From Octopus sinensis (lineage: Eukaryota): a stretch of 64,000 nucleotides of DNA. The notes beneath the pieces were generated by a model. It made no database searches. It was not told the origin of the DNA and saw only the letters and a list, made by a program, of their open reading frames with translations. The stretch covers positions 28,458,001-28,522,000 of the forward strand of contig NC_043014.1 of the NCBI RefSeq assembly GCF_006345805.1, given 5' to 3'. Shown here piece by piece: positions 1-12,649 of this stretch (the stretch's first letter is position 1; the number at the start of each line of letters is the position of its first letter). The position numbers and the translations under genes were made by a program.

Positions 1-521
1 TTTCTCAGTCTTTTCCTTTCTTAACTCTATTCTATCAAGGTCTCTCTCTCTCCATTTTCTTGCTTTCTCTATATTAAAATGGCTGCCTGTCAGACAGACA
101 CTTCATTCTCTTACGTTCCTTTCCCCTCCTTCTTTGTCCTCCTCTCCCACTACATAACTCCGTCTGACATGTTACTTCTGTGACTTTTCTTTGTACATGT
201 GCAGTTCCAACAGACATTTGCACGTATGCATCTGCAACAACACATGGACTGCTTTTTGCAGACAAACATTTATGCATGTGTGTAGCATATACATAGCCTA
301 ACATAACTTACTTATGAAGATACATACATACATACACACATATACACGCACACACACAAACACACACATATATATTGTATTGGAATATCTCGAAGCAAAC
401 AAATAAAGCTATATATAATAACATTAAATACGCTTTATGTGCGTGCTTCCAGATATTCCGAAAGTAAAAAGAAATTGTTCACGTTCTCTCCAAAGTTTAA
501 AAAATATTTTGACGTCAACAT

Positions 522-522
<1 letters not shown>

Positions 523-578
<56 letters not shown>

Positions 579-579
579 T

Positions 580-616
<37 letters not shown>

Positions 617-625
617 TTCTATCTG

Positions 626-668
<43 letters not shown>

Positions 669-700
669 TACATATGCCATATATATATATATATACATAC
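523..700. repeat. (TATC)n followed by (TA)n compound microsatellite
   Basis: Directly visible; one example of dozens of similar TA/CA/GA/ACAT/TATC tracts across the window (e.g. 2787-2960, 5538-5650, 8579-8662, 43370-43600, 57328-57490). Confidence 0.98.
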
Positions 701-1289
701 ACACCACATATAATATGTTTATATGCATATATATTACACACACTACACACACCACACGCATGAACATGCATACGCGGGCACACACACACGTACATGCACT
801 TCCACATTAACTCACACATATACATATACAGAGAGAGAAAGAGAGAGAGAGAGAGTGATACAGAGAGAGATTGAGACACACACACGTACCCATACACATG
901 TTCACACATACACACATTCCCATTCCGTCTACGTACACATGCCAACACACACACATTCGCACCCACCCATTCATGCACCCTTCAGGCTGCCTCTCAGTTA
1001 GCCTTGAAACTGTCCTTGGCTCGCGACTGACCATTCCATCTACGCACATACGAACACACACTGCCACAACCACCCATATACACACCTGTCACTATAGCTG
1101 CTGATTTCTCATTACGACATTAACATACGTACACTGACCACTCGCATAACACAAACAAATACACACGCACACACTCTACCACACACAAACACACTCAGTT
1201 ACTGCCACACACGCACATGCTACCATACACACACACATGCCACCATTCTCCCCACTCTCCTGTCCCAGAAAACCCTTTTTCTTTTTGTC

Positions 1290-1500
1290 TATCTACTTCC
1301 GGTCATTTAAAAAATGGTGATTTTTTCCTCTTTCTTCCTTTTCTTTTGGACTTTCCTATGTTTTCTGCTTCCGAAGAGGAGCTTTTTTCGAAGCGTAAAA
1401 CTACCATTCTTTCCTTCTCTGAGCATCTTATTAATACTTTGTATGTGCTACGTGGTCGCATTGTTGTTAGTTCTTGTCTTTTTTCTTGTTTTTTCTTTAA
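1290..1500 (+). mobile_element. Penelope-like element 3' tail (degenerate)
   Basis: Homologous to 2960-3138, 40810-40950 and 48640-48860. Contains CCGAAGAGGAGCTTTTTTCGAAGCGTAAAAC, a decayed minimal hammerhead motif typical of PLE terminal repeats. Confidence 0.55.
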
Positions 1501-1866
1501 TCAACTACATGTATGTTGTGTGTGTGTGTGTGTCTGAATATATATATATTATATAGATATATATATATATATATAATATATTATATATATATATATAATA
1601 TATATATATAATGGGAGTCATTTATGATCCAATGATTGCATTGGGGCGGCACGTCTTAGATAATATCAAGTTGATGATATTAATCAGATGATATAACAAC
1701 AATATCTTGAGTGTGTTTCAGATTCTCTTATTCTGATAACAAAGACTGTTTGATAATATTATTGGTGTTTATAAGGGAGACCCTTTGTGCGTGCATGAAC
1801 ATATATATGTGTGTGCGTGTGTTTCATATACGTATATATAAAGAAACATAGATAAATATATACGAA

Positions 1867-2693
1867 TACATGATCTGATCAATAAGTATCCGGACTGTTG
1901 CCATAGTATCAAAGCTAAAGCACGAACATGATGCCGCTTAGCACATATTGACCTTGATTTCTCCTGTCCATGAGCACCAAACTTTAACGTTCTAGTGCAA
2001 TTCCGTTGCTTACCCCAGTGCCTGGAAGGAAGGTATGTAGCGTGTGATCGTCGCATTGAACATAACAGAGAAATTTGAGCAAGGAACCAGCATAAAATTT
2101 TGCCAAAAGCTAGGTGATAACTTCTCAGAGGCCTATCCAAAGTTTTCAATAAGTTTTCTTTGTTCTAGATACAGCCAAGTTCATGTGTGCAATTGAAATC
2201 CGAGTGTCTTTTTGATCAGCTGAAAGCACTTTTGGCACAAAGTTGGCAGTCACGTGTCTCATACCCAAATCTTCAGTGATAATGGACTGAACTGAACCAT
2301 TACTAATCTGCACAATTTCCACTCCTAGCTACATGTACATTTGTGATGTTTTCTCAGTTCTGTTGGTTTTGGGTCTCCCAGAACGTTCGTTAATATCGAC
2401 ATTTTTTTGGCCATCTTGTAAAAGTCTGGACTACTCGTACACTTGTGTGCGGCTCATACACTCCTCTCCATACACTTTCTGTACCGCTGCGCAGGCCTCT
2501 GGGCAGATATCGCAATGAGAGCTTTCTCTCACAGTCAATGTGACGATCACACGCTACAGACGTTGATTCCACGCTCTGCTGTAAACAGAGGATGTGAGCT
2601 AGAATGTTAAAACTCAGTACACCGGCTTTACTCTGCATTCAGTAGCTTCGTTACTATGCCAACAGTCCAGATACTTGTTGATCAGATCTCGTA
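1867..2693 (-). mobile_element. Internally deleted mariner element with both TIRs
   Basis: TIRs at 1867-1908 (TACATGATCTGATCAATAAGTATCCGGACTGTTGCCATAGTA) and 2652-2693 (inverse copy, few mismatches). Minus-strand translation VQKVYGEECMSRTQVYE*SRLLQDGQKNVDINERSGRPKT matches the mariner N-terminal HTH. Confidence 0.85.
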
Positions 2694-2797
2694 CCTGCGT
2701 ATATACAAATGTTAATGCATGTGCTTCGATACATGCATACGTACAGACATGCATATCGGCATTCATACATAGATATTTCTATACTTATCTATTTGTA

Positions 2798-2900
<103 letters not shown>

Positions 2901-2904
2901 AAAT

Positions 2905-2959
<55 letters not shown>

Positions 2960-2962
<3 letters not shown>

Positions 2963-3138
2963 ATCGCTAGCCACTACACATATTTTTTCTCTCCTTGGTT
3001 TTTCTGTGTCCTTTTTGTAGAAGAGCGTAGGCTCGAAACGTAAAAGACTTTTCTATTCTTGAGCGTTATACTAATACATCTGTTTGTTTTGTACACCACT
3101 GTCTTCGTCTTTTGTTCTTTTCGTAAACTCTCCCTATA
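2960..3138 (+). mobile_element. Penelope-like element 3' tail
   Basis: GTAGAAGAGCGTAGGCTCGAAACGTAAAAGAC hammerhead-like motif followed by GAGCGTTATACTAATAC, shared with the other PLE-like tails in the window. Confidence 0.6.
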
Positions 3139-3314
3139 TATATAATATATATATATAATACATATATATATATTTATTTTATTGAAGGAGCTTCTACAGG
3201 ACTAGAACTGTTTCATTCAATGCTGTTTCATTCATTTAATTTACTCTGCTATGTATTGAGTACCTTATTTACTGTGGTTAACCCCGACTCAACCCGGGAC
3301 CCCTACATATATAT

Positions 3315-3367
<53 letters not shown>

Positions 3368-3570
3368 CATTTCTATATATCTCAGAGAGATTTATGTAGT
3401 GGTACGATAAAGTAGTTGTATACTGTCAACTTAATGTGACAGTCCCACGAAGGGAATCAGCTGCTATTTAACTCTAGGAAGCAGCAACACTTCCTGTCGG
3501 CCTTGACATATTTCCTGTGCCCTTATGTTTACAAGGGGGAGATAAACACCCACCCACCTAAGCCTGAATA

Positions 3571-3609
3571 CAGGGACTAGTTTCTGAGACTTTGCTCGTC
3601 ATCAGTCTG
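3571..3609 (-). ncRNA. Minimal type I hammerhead ribozyme (variant core), PLE-like
   Basis: Minus strand: CAGA CUGAUGA C GAG CAAAGU CUC A GAAAC UA GUC CCUG. Palindromic stem III (ACUAGU), GUC cleavage triplet, short stem I. Confidence 0.55.
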
Positions 3610-3678
3610 GAGTAGCATGGCTTGCTAGCTGGAGATGCATAACAGAATATTGTGACAGACGATATAGTTTAGTTACAC

Positions 3679-4072
3679 TTTACTCTTTTACTTGTTTCAG
3701 TCATTTGACAGCGGCCATGGTGGTGCACCGCCTTTAGTCGAGCAAATCGACCCCAGGACTTATTCTTTGTAAGCTTAGTACTTATTCTATCGGTCTCTTT
3801 TGCCGAACCGCTAAGTTACGGGGACGTAAACACACCAGCATCGGTTGTCAAGCGATGTTGATGGGACAAACACAGACACACAAACACACACACACATATG
3901 TATATATTCATATATACAACGGGCTTCTTTCAGTTTTCGTCTACCAAATCCACTCACAAGTCTTTGGTCGACCCGAGTCTATAGTAGAATACACTTGCTC
4001 TAGGTGCCACGCAATGGGACTGAACCCGGAACCATGTGGTTCTTAAGCAAGGTACTTACCACACAACCGCAC
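3679..4072 (-). mobile_element. tRNA-derived SINE family A (internal CA/TA microsatellite)
   Basis: Matches the multi-copy consensus GGCGCAGGAGTGGCTGTGTGGTAAGTAGCTTG...GACTGAAACAAGTAAAAGAG seen at least 12 times in the window. Confidence 0.9.
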
Positions 4073-4262
4073 TTGAAAAAATTTTGGTAATTGTATTCCC
4101 TTGGGGCGATCTTTCGCTTTGACTCTCAGAACTGTCATCCGGATCAGCTGGTTTTGTTCGTTAATTTCCGTAAATTGTTTTTATTTATTTACTTTTGTTT
4201 GAAAGTGAGGAGGTGAAAGTGAAAGAAGTATGAACGTGTATATTACATGGACGTGTGTGTGT

Positions 4263-4317
<55 letters not shown>

Positions 4318-4479
4318 TGCCACTTACACATACATGAGAACACACACGTTCACTCACTCACTCTCACTCTCACACACACACATGCACACGTACATACAAA
4401 AAAGATATGTATTGATGTATGTACGTATACATGACAACACACCCCCTTCACTCACTCTCTCTCTTTTTCTCTCTCTTCC

Positions 4480-4519
<40 letters not shown>

Positions 4520-4810
4520 ACAAACACGTCCATTTCATATACATGTACATACAAATTTCACTTTTCCACCCTTTCACTTTAAAACAAAAGTAAATGAATA
4601 AAAATTTTTAGGAAATTAACGATCTCCGGATGACAAGCGGAAGACTGCCATTCACTTGAAAACAATTTTTAAAAAACATTCAAATATTGTCTGTTGAAAG
4701 AAAGCTAAAATATAAATACTTACTGTGCAAACAACTCACATTTTTGAAATCACATTCAGTTAAAAATATTTCTGAATGATTAAAATATTGCGTACGCCAA
4801 AAAGTCGATA

Positions 4811-5197
4811 TACTCTTTTACTCTTTTACTTGTTTCAGTCATTTCACTGTGGCCATGCTGAAGCACCGCCTTTAGTCGAGCAAATCGACTCCAGGACTTG
4901 TTCTTTGTAAGCCTAGTACTTATTCTATCGGTCTCTTTTGTCGAACCGCTAAGTTACGGGGATGCAAATACACCATCATCGGTTGTCAAACGATGTTGGG
5001 GGGACAAACACAGACACACAAACATACATATATATATATAAATACATATATATATGACGGGCTTCTTTCAGTTTCCGTCTACCAAACCAACACTCAATGC
5101 TTTAGTTGAAGACACTTGCCCAAGGTGCAACGCAGTGGGGCCGAACCCGGAACCATGTGGCTCGCAAGCAAGCTACTTACCACATAACCACTCCTAC
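4811..5197 (-). mobile_element. SINE family A
   Basis: Near full-length copy of the same consensus. Confidence 0.9.
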
Positions 5198-5694
5198 ACT
5201 TATGTGTGTGTGTGTGTAAAACATGAATGTTGACAGCAGATAAGAAAAATGTATGTATAGTAAATACCATACATAAATTCGTTAGTTATGGAAATTATTT
5301 GCCATTCAAGAGAAAGGTAAAGAAATTCCTTCCCTGAGGAAGGTACCGGTTTCTAATGAAGATACAAAGATCTATTGATGGAATGTAGATCACAAAAATA
5401 ATGTCACATTTTAAACCTCAGAAATGTTTTGCTCATTTCCACTGTTTTGCTTGCAGATTGTATATGTGTACGAGTTAGTTTTTTTCTGAGAACCCTAGCT
5501 TATCAAGATTGTAATTTTGGCATTTATTCATATGTATTTATGTATGTATGCATGTATGTACGTATGTATGTATGTATGTATGTATGTATGTATGTATGTA
5601 TGTATGTATGTATGTATGTATGTATGTATGTATGTTTATGTATATATATATGTTAGTAGATGTATATGTGCAAGTGAATGTGAGCGTTTGTATA

Positions 5695-6901
5695 TTGGGC
5701 TGAGTCATAAATAATTTCTATATTTTGGAAGTAAATTGTAATGACATATTTCTAACTTCAGATATTTAAAATTGAAATGGAAACTACCGATTTTAAAAGA
5801 CCCTCATCTGCCATTCGTATTTAAGCAGCGAAAGTGTGCACATCATAGTTTAATATTAAATTTCACTCCCCTAAAATGGATGAACTGGAAGTGCATATTC
5901 AACATGTGATGTTGTGAGAGTTTAAGAATGGAAATAACGCCACAGAAACAGTTAAGAAAATGTGTAGTGTTTATAGTCAACTGAACAGCAAGTAAGAAAT
6001 TGGTTTTCAAAGCTTCGTTCCCGAAATTTGTCATTGAGGCCTGATGCTCTTCATGCTTTAAGAGAATTAGTGGAATTAAAATCCTTGTAAAAGTACTTGG
6101 GAATCAGCAGTTGACCTCAACACATCCAATCACGATCTGCTGCCACTTTGAAAGGATAGGAAAAGTCAGCAAGCTGAGTGTTTGAGTTCCCCATACTCTT
6201 AGTGAGAAGAATAGGGAAGATCACGTTTACAGGGACAAGTCTTCTTTCAAGGTACAAAAATGACCCGTTTTTCATCAATATCATTACAGGTGGTAGAAAA
6301 TGGGTCTTTTATGACAATCTTAAATGCAAAAGGGTATTGACTGATAAGGATAAATCCCCACAACTTATCTGAAAGGCTGAGCTCTATGTAAGGAAGGTTA
6401 TACAGCCTGCATAGTGGAATCAAACACTAAAGCCAACATATGCTCTGAACAGTTATAACATGTGCATGAAAAGCTTTAAAGAAAATGCCCAATTCTCGTC
6501 AATGGGAGAAACATTGTGCTTCTCCATGATAAGGCAAGACCATATTAGCAAGGATCATGCAGGATAAAATATTGGATTTGGGCTGGTGTGTTCTATTCCA
6601 TTCACCGTATTCACTGAAACTTACACCAACCGATTTCTATCTTCGCTCTATACAAAATGCTCTGATGGGGAAAAAAAGTTTCCCTAGAAAATCAAGTGAA
6701 AACGTGAGTGGAAAGCTTCTTCATGTACGGACCAGAGGAATTGAATTTTACTCAAGAGCAATCAAAAAGCTATCTGATAAATGGCAAGAAGTCATTCAAA
6801 ATAATGGCAACTATACTGATAATTGAAAATTATCCATTGTAAACTTTGTTCATAAGTAAATGTATTTAACAAAATCGGAAATTATTTATAAGCCAAACCA
6901 A
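5695..6901 (+). mobile_element. Mariner (Hsmar1/Mos1-like) transposon, decayed, with TIRs
   Basis: TIRs TTGGGCTGAGTCATAAATAATTTC and GAAATTATTTATAAGCCAAACCAA flanked by TA. Broken ORF from 5878: MDELEVHIQHVML*EFKNGNNATET, IITGGRKWVFYDN, LHDKARP, HSPYSLKLTPTDFYL. Confidence 0.9.
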
Positions 6902-7083
6902 TATATATATACGGATGTGATGTGTGTGTGTGTGTATGCATATGTGTGGGTAGGGTGTGAGCATCTTTCTTCTCTTTCTTTCTCTTTCTTTTTCTTTAGT
7001 CTGCCTCCTTTTATTTTTTCATATTTAATTCTTTATATGGGTCGCGGCGTGTGTTGCGATAGTGGGAGGTGTGGGAGTGAGTG

Positions 7084-7125
<42 letters not shown>

Positions 7126-7462
7126 GTGTGTTTATCTGCGTGGGTGTGTGCGTAAGAATGTGCACATGTCTATTTTCATTTAAACTGAAAAATAGATGTC
7201 GCTGTAACCTGACCCTAAGCTGACCTTATGCAAACCAACTAAAAAACAAAAAACACGCCCCTTACTTTCTGTATCAGGAAGTACTATGTTCTAAAATAGA
7301 AAATTCATTTCATAAAATAATCCATTCACTATATTTTTTGTTTCTACTTTTTTTGTTTTTAGTCATTTTCATTATTTCTCAATTTGCGTTAAATCATTAG
7401 TATATATATTTTATACTATGTATATATGTGTATATTTATATAAATGTGTGAGTGTGCGTGCG

Positions 7463-7495
<33 letters not shown>

Positions 7496-7812
7496 GCATA
7501 TATATATACATATATATATATAAACATATAATATATACATATACATGTATATATATATATATTATATATATATATTATATATATACATATATGCATGTGT
7601 GTGTGTGTGTGTGTGTTTAAGCAAGAGACTCAGTTCTAAATCAGAACTTCCTTTTTTGTACAAAACAACAGAAACACTGCTAAAAGCTATTGTATATATG
7701 TGTTTGCGTGTGTATGTGAGGCCATGAGCTTCTGTTCATATTGTGTGTGTTTGTCCCCACCATCTCTTGACTTGATTACATCTCAACCGCTTAGCGGTTT
7801 GGCAAGAGAGAC

Positions 7813-8310
7813 CACATTTTGAACGGATGCTCTAACGCACTGAGGGAAGGCCGATACAGTGGAGGCAGGACAAAGTGCTTACAAAAATCGCAAAGTGGAC
7901 GAACTTAGAGGTTTACAGACATCTAACAGCAGCTACCACTAACCAAGGAAATCAGAGTCCTAAGGGAAGGTTCCAAGGCTCTTAAGAAGAAAGCAGGGGA
8001 CCTGCTTTCTATTTTGCATCCAGCTTCAGACTCGGAGATACGAGTGGGCCTGAAAGACTGATGCGTCGTCGCAGAAGAGATAGCGGTAACATCACTCCGA
8101 CGAGACATATTCATGCTCTCTAGGAGTACAAAGCAATCGCCGATGTCGATGGGAGGACAGACTCGATATTTCTCACCAGCTAAAGAAAACCAAATATCAG
8201 AAATGGATCGGCTAGGTCCCTGTTAAAAGATGGCACGCAACTTCACTCCCCATTGAAGTCGGCTGCCGCGGCTTTCCGGCTGGGTCTGTTTAGAAGATGG
8301 GTCTGCAACC
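7813..8310 (+). mobile_element. HERO-like REL-endonuclease LINE fragment
   Basis: Frameshifted translation HILNGCSNALREGRYS/WRQDKVL ... EEIAVTSLRRDIFMLSRSTKQ ... PIEVGCRGF matches the zinc knuckle, RH motif and PD..D/E nuclease region of HERO-type elements. Confidence 0.75.
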
Positions 8311-8576
8311 CAGAAAACTGATATGTGTGTATGCGTGTATGTGTGTGTGTGAGTGTGAGTGTATTTGAAATTCTCTTGCTTCTTCGAGTTTCTGTTTTCT
8401 GGGTTCGATCTTCGTCGCTTTGTCACCAGAACGAACGAGCAAGACCAAAACACTTTGGTAAGTGACAGAATGAATCATCATTCAGTTCAATAAATAAATG
8501 AACTCTACAACGTATATTGAGTACTTTTTCTCACAAATACATACACACACACACACACACCTATATCTGGGAGTAA

Positions 8577-8663
<87 letters not shown>

Positions 8664-9581
8664 GGACATGCATTCATTCAATATACACAGTACCAGCCCA
8701 TATCCATTCTATATGAACCAGTATTATTTCTGCTATAAAGTCGATAAAATTGTCCACTCGTTCGCATAGCACATTACATCATTGGTGTTGTAAAGGATCA
8801 TATTTCCTCTATATTTATTTAAAAAATTAATTTAATGCTTTAGCAGTGAGGAAAGGTTGCATAAGTGTGTATGACAAATGGGCAAAAAAAAAAACAACCC
8901 AAAAGCAAAAAACAAAAATCTTTTTTTTAAGGGTAATTTCTATACATATTTTCACTTTGAATAAATACAAACACCATAATAATTTTTTTCTCTTGCATTA
9001 AAAATTTGCACTCTCATTGTTGAAAAGTGCCTTAAAATATTGACTTTCCTTTGATGATGGACATTTTTATGTAAAATGCTTGAAACATCAATTGAAGATG
9101 TCCGCCGTTTAAGAGTGAATCGATCAGTGTTTTTTATTTATACTTTTACTGGTTTGTTCGGGGGATAGGGAAGATAGTGGCCTTGGCCTTCCAGATCATG
9201 ATGCCGAGAAGCTTAAAAATTCCAACTTTAAACTTCTCTGCATCATGTTCTGCAATGTAAGATTTTCTTCTATCCTGGTGACAGAGGTTTGATCTATCCA
9301 ATGTTTATTTGCTTCCATTATGGCCTGCATATTTTGGGGAACTACATCTATGATGGATTTCCAAGCCCCATGAAACAGCTGTTCGACTTGTAACACCTTA
9401 ACTTTTCCCCTTTTGTTTTCTCTGTCAATTGTACTCTGTGTAAGTTTGATCTATTGATATAAATATCTATATGTTTATACTGAGATATTTTTCGTCTGAA
9501 AGTCTTTGCTTTCTTTCTGTTTGCATGTACATACATACATACATACATACATACATACATACATACATACATACATGCATA

Positions 9582-9620
<39 letters not shown>

Positions 9621-9763
9621 TAAATTAAGTAGAGAAGTAGTATTGACAATCCATTTATCTTTATAATTGTATTATACCCATATTTCTATGGTATTCAGCT
9701 GACTTCCAGTGAACTGGATGTTTAACACACCACTTTGAAGGATCTCTTTTCCTCCTCATTTGG

Positions 9764-9884
<121 letters not shown>

Positions 9885-9902
9885 AATATATATATGTATG
9901 TA

Positions 9903-10640
9903 TATTGTAAGCGACGTTTTGAAACATGAAATTCATCACAAAGCATTTCAACAATGCGAAAATTTTATTCATCAAATAAATACTATTACAATCAACACAT
10001 TTTTGCCAACGAGTTGCAAGTTTGTTTATTCTGGTAGCATAAAAATCTGGAGTTCTGGAGCTGATGGACTCTTTGTATGCACTTTCAGCATCGGTTTGAT
10101 TTTTGAACTCCTTCTCTCGCAGGAAACCGTCAAGGTGCTTGAAAAAGTGGTAGTCAGTAGGGGAAAGGTCTGGGGGAATAATGTGGGTGGGGAAGAACTT
10201 CATAGCCAAGTACGCTCAACTTCTGGAGTGTCATTAGGAAGACGTGTTTTCGGGCATTGTCATGAAGAATGATTGGCCCTCTTCTGTTGGCCAATCTGAG
10301 ACAGAGAAGTAGCAGATTTTCGTTCATTTTGGCAATTCCACGGTAATATGTTTCTACAGTAATGGTTTTTCTGTGTTTTAAGAAGTTATATTGGATGAGA
10401 CCAACAGTACACCACTAAACAGTTACCATAACCTTCTTTTTGAAGAACTTGGGTTTAGGGAAGGTTTTTGGTGCTTCATTTTGGTCCAACCACTGCAAAG
10501 AACTTTTTATTATTGTACAGAATCCACTTTTCACCGCAAGTTACAATACTGTCGAGAAATGGATAGGTCTGGTTACGGAGAAGAAGCGACGTCAAATCTC
10601 ATATCTGTGCATATTTTGATATATATACAAACATGATTCA
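9903..10640 (-). mobile_element. Mariner transposase C-terminal fragment
   Basis: FLDSIVTCGEKWILYNN and PPDLSPTDYHFFKHLDGFLREKEFKNQTDAESAYKESISSRTPDFYATRINKLATRWQKCVDCN (ORF 9661..10209). Confidence 0.9.
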
Positions 10641-10661
10641 TAAGCGGTTAGAAATAGTAGT

Positions 10662-11262
10662 AAGGCGGCGAGCTGGCAGAAACGTTAGCACTCCGGACGA
10701 AATGCTTTGTGGTATTTCGCCTGCCGTTACGTTCTGAGTTCAAATTCCGCCGAGGTCGACTTTGCCTTTCATCCTTTCGGGGTCGATAAATTAAGTACCA
10801 GTTACGCACTGAGGTCGATGTGATCGACTTAATCCGTTTGTCTGTCCTTGTTTGTCCCCTCTGTGTTTAGCCCCTTGTGGGTAGTAAAGAAATAGGTATT
10901 TCGCCTGCCGTTACGTTCTGAGTTCAAATTCCGCCGAGGTCGACTTTGCCTTTCATCCTTTCGGGGTCGATAAATTAAGTACCAGTTACGCACTGAGGTC
11001 GATGTGATCGACTTAATCCGTTTGTCTGTCCTTGTTTGTCCCCTCTGTGTTTAGCCCCTTGTGGGTAGTAAAGAAATAGGTATTTCGTCTGCCGCTACGT
11101 TCTGAGTTCAAATTCCGCCGTGGTCGACTTTGCCTTTCATCCTTTCGGGGTCGATTAAATAAGTACCAGTTACGCACGGGGGTCGATGTGATCGACTTAA
11201 TCCGTTTGTCTGTCCTTGTTTGTCCCCTCTGTGTGTATCTCCTTGTGGGCAGTAAAGAAATA
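10662..11262 (+). mobile_element. SINE family B with a triplicated 184-bp body
   Basis: One head at 10662; body units start at 10711, 10895 and 11079. 12-bp direct repeat AGAAATAGTAGT at 10650-10661 and 11263-11274. Confidence 0.92.
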
Positions 11263-11738
11263 AGAAATAGTAGTCTCGTGTCACACAGTTCAGAATTCAA
11301 ATATTTAAACTATGTCCAACAGCAGTCGAGAAAACAGTAAATTTAACCTTTCGTTGTGTCTAAAACGCCACACTATATATATCAGGGCATTCCACTCGTT
11401 AGCATCTCTGTGTGTAAACATGCACTTTCCTGTCAATACAGAGTACATAGACAGACATTCTTCACATTAAAATAAAATGATAGAATGACATTTGAATATC
11501 ACCTAACAACTCCTTCCCTCTGTCTCTCTGTCTTTCTCTGTCTCTCTGTCTTTCTCTGTCTCTCTGTCTTTCTCTGTCTCTCTTTGGGCTTCTTTTTCGC
11601 TCTTCCTCGCTCGTTTTGTTTTAGTCTCCCTCTACACACAAGCTTTCTAACTATTGTTTGCATTTATTTCGTCTCTCTTTCTCTTCTGGCTTTTGAAAAT
11701 GAGTACAATTATTATTATTAAATATATAAATTATATAT

Positions 11739-11910
11739 AGCGGCAAGCTGGCAGAATTGTTACCGCTCCGGTCAATATGTTTAGCGGCATTTATTCCATA
11801 TTTACGTTCTGGGTCAAATTCCACTATCTGGGTTCAAATTCCACTGGTACCGATGGTATCGACTTCTCTTTGCCTCAAAAGCTGCTGAGTGTGCCAAAAT
11901 TTGAAACCAT
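11739..11910 (+). mobile_element. SINE family B, degenerate
   Basis: GCGGCAAGCTGGCAGAATTGTTACCGCTCCGG head and GGTTCAAATTCC B-box-like motif. Confidence 0.75.
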
Positions 11911-11941
11911 TAGTAAATAATATACAATTAAGATGAATGGT

Positions 11942-12250
11942 TTTGTTGTTTGTTCCTTCTCGAGCCACGCCTGGCTCATAAGGGCCAGTTTCCCGGTTTA
12001 CTTGGTGTATAGGTTCCCCACCTGGACGGCATGCCGGTCTGTCGCAGGTGAACTGCTAGATGCAGAAGGAAAGAGTGAGAGAAAGTTGTGGCGAATGAGT
12101 CAGCAGAAGTTCGCCATTACCTTCTGCTGGAGCCGCGTGGAGCTTAGGTGTTTCGCTCATAAACACACACATCGCCCGATCTGAGATTCGAACCCGCGAT
12201 CCCTCGACCGCGAGTCCGCTGCGCTAACCACTAGGCCATGTGCCTCCACC
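11942..12250 (-). mobile_element. tRNA-headed SINE family D with 12-bp TSD
   Basis: Minus-strand head GTGGAGGCACATGGCCTAGTGGTTAGCGCAGCGGACTCGCGGTCGAGGGATCGCGGGTTCGAATCTC (A and B boxes). TSD AAGATGAATGGT at 11930-11941 and 12251-12262. Confidence 0.9.
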
Positions 12251-12649
12251 AAGATGAATGGTAAAGTGACAAATTTGGTAGGAGACATCATACGCCTTGA
12301 TTTATGTATAAAGTACGATTAAAACGAAGAAATGCTTCAAAATAAATTCAAGCTACATATTGAAATAAATACTTAATGTTTTCGATGTCTTTGCTAGATG
12401 CGATTGTTTCTCTAGCATCGAATGCACACAAAGGTATGCAGATACGTGATGTCTTCCCCATAGTAACGAAAATGAGATTTATATGATTTTTGTATATGCT
12501 CTGACGTAGGCAGTGATGGGATATGGAAACAGTTGAAGTATCGAGAGTACAAATACGCTTCATTGGCTCTGTATAGGCCATTATAAGACTACTTGAATCA
12601 CCGAAGTTAACTTGCAAAAATGAGCTGTTATAAGGACTGCAAGGATGTT

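Noticed and set aside
437-1104. Long ORFs rich in IYLS, YI, HT, CV, MYVC or poly-I/L here and throughout the window
   Set aside because: They are translations of microsatellites that lack stop codons in some frames; no protein signal.
9150-9520. Minus-strand ORF-like pieces (SVTRIEENLT...KLEFLSFS) that might be a Penelope RT N-terminal relic
   Set aside because: No diagnostic motif could be read with confidence; needs a tBLASTx search.
10711-11262. Tandem 184-bp units as a CRISPR array or retrozyme
   Set aside because: No spacers and a eukaryotic context; no ribozyme core found in the unit on either strand.
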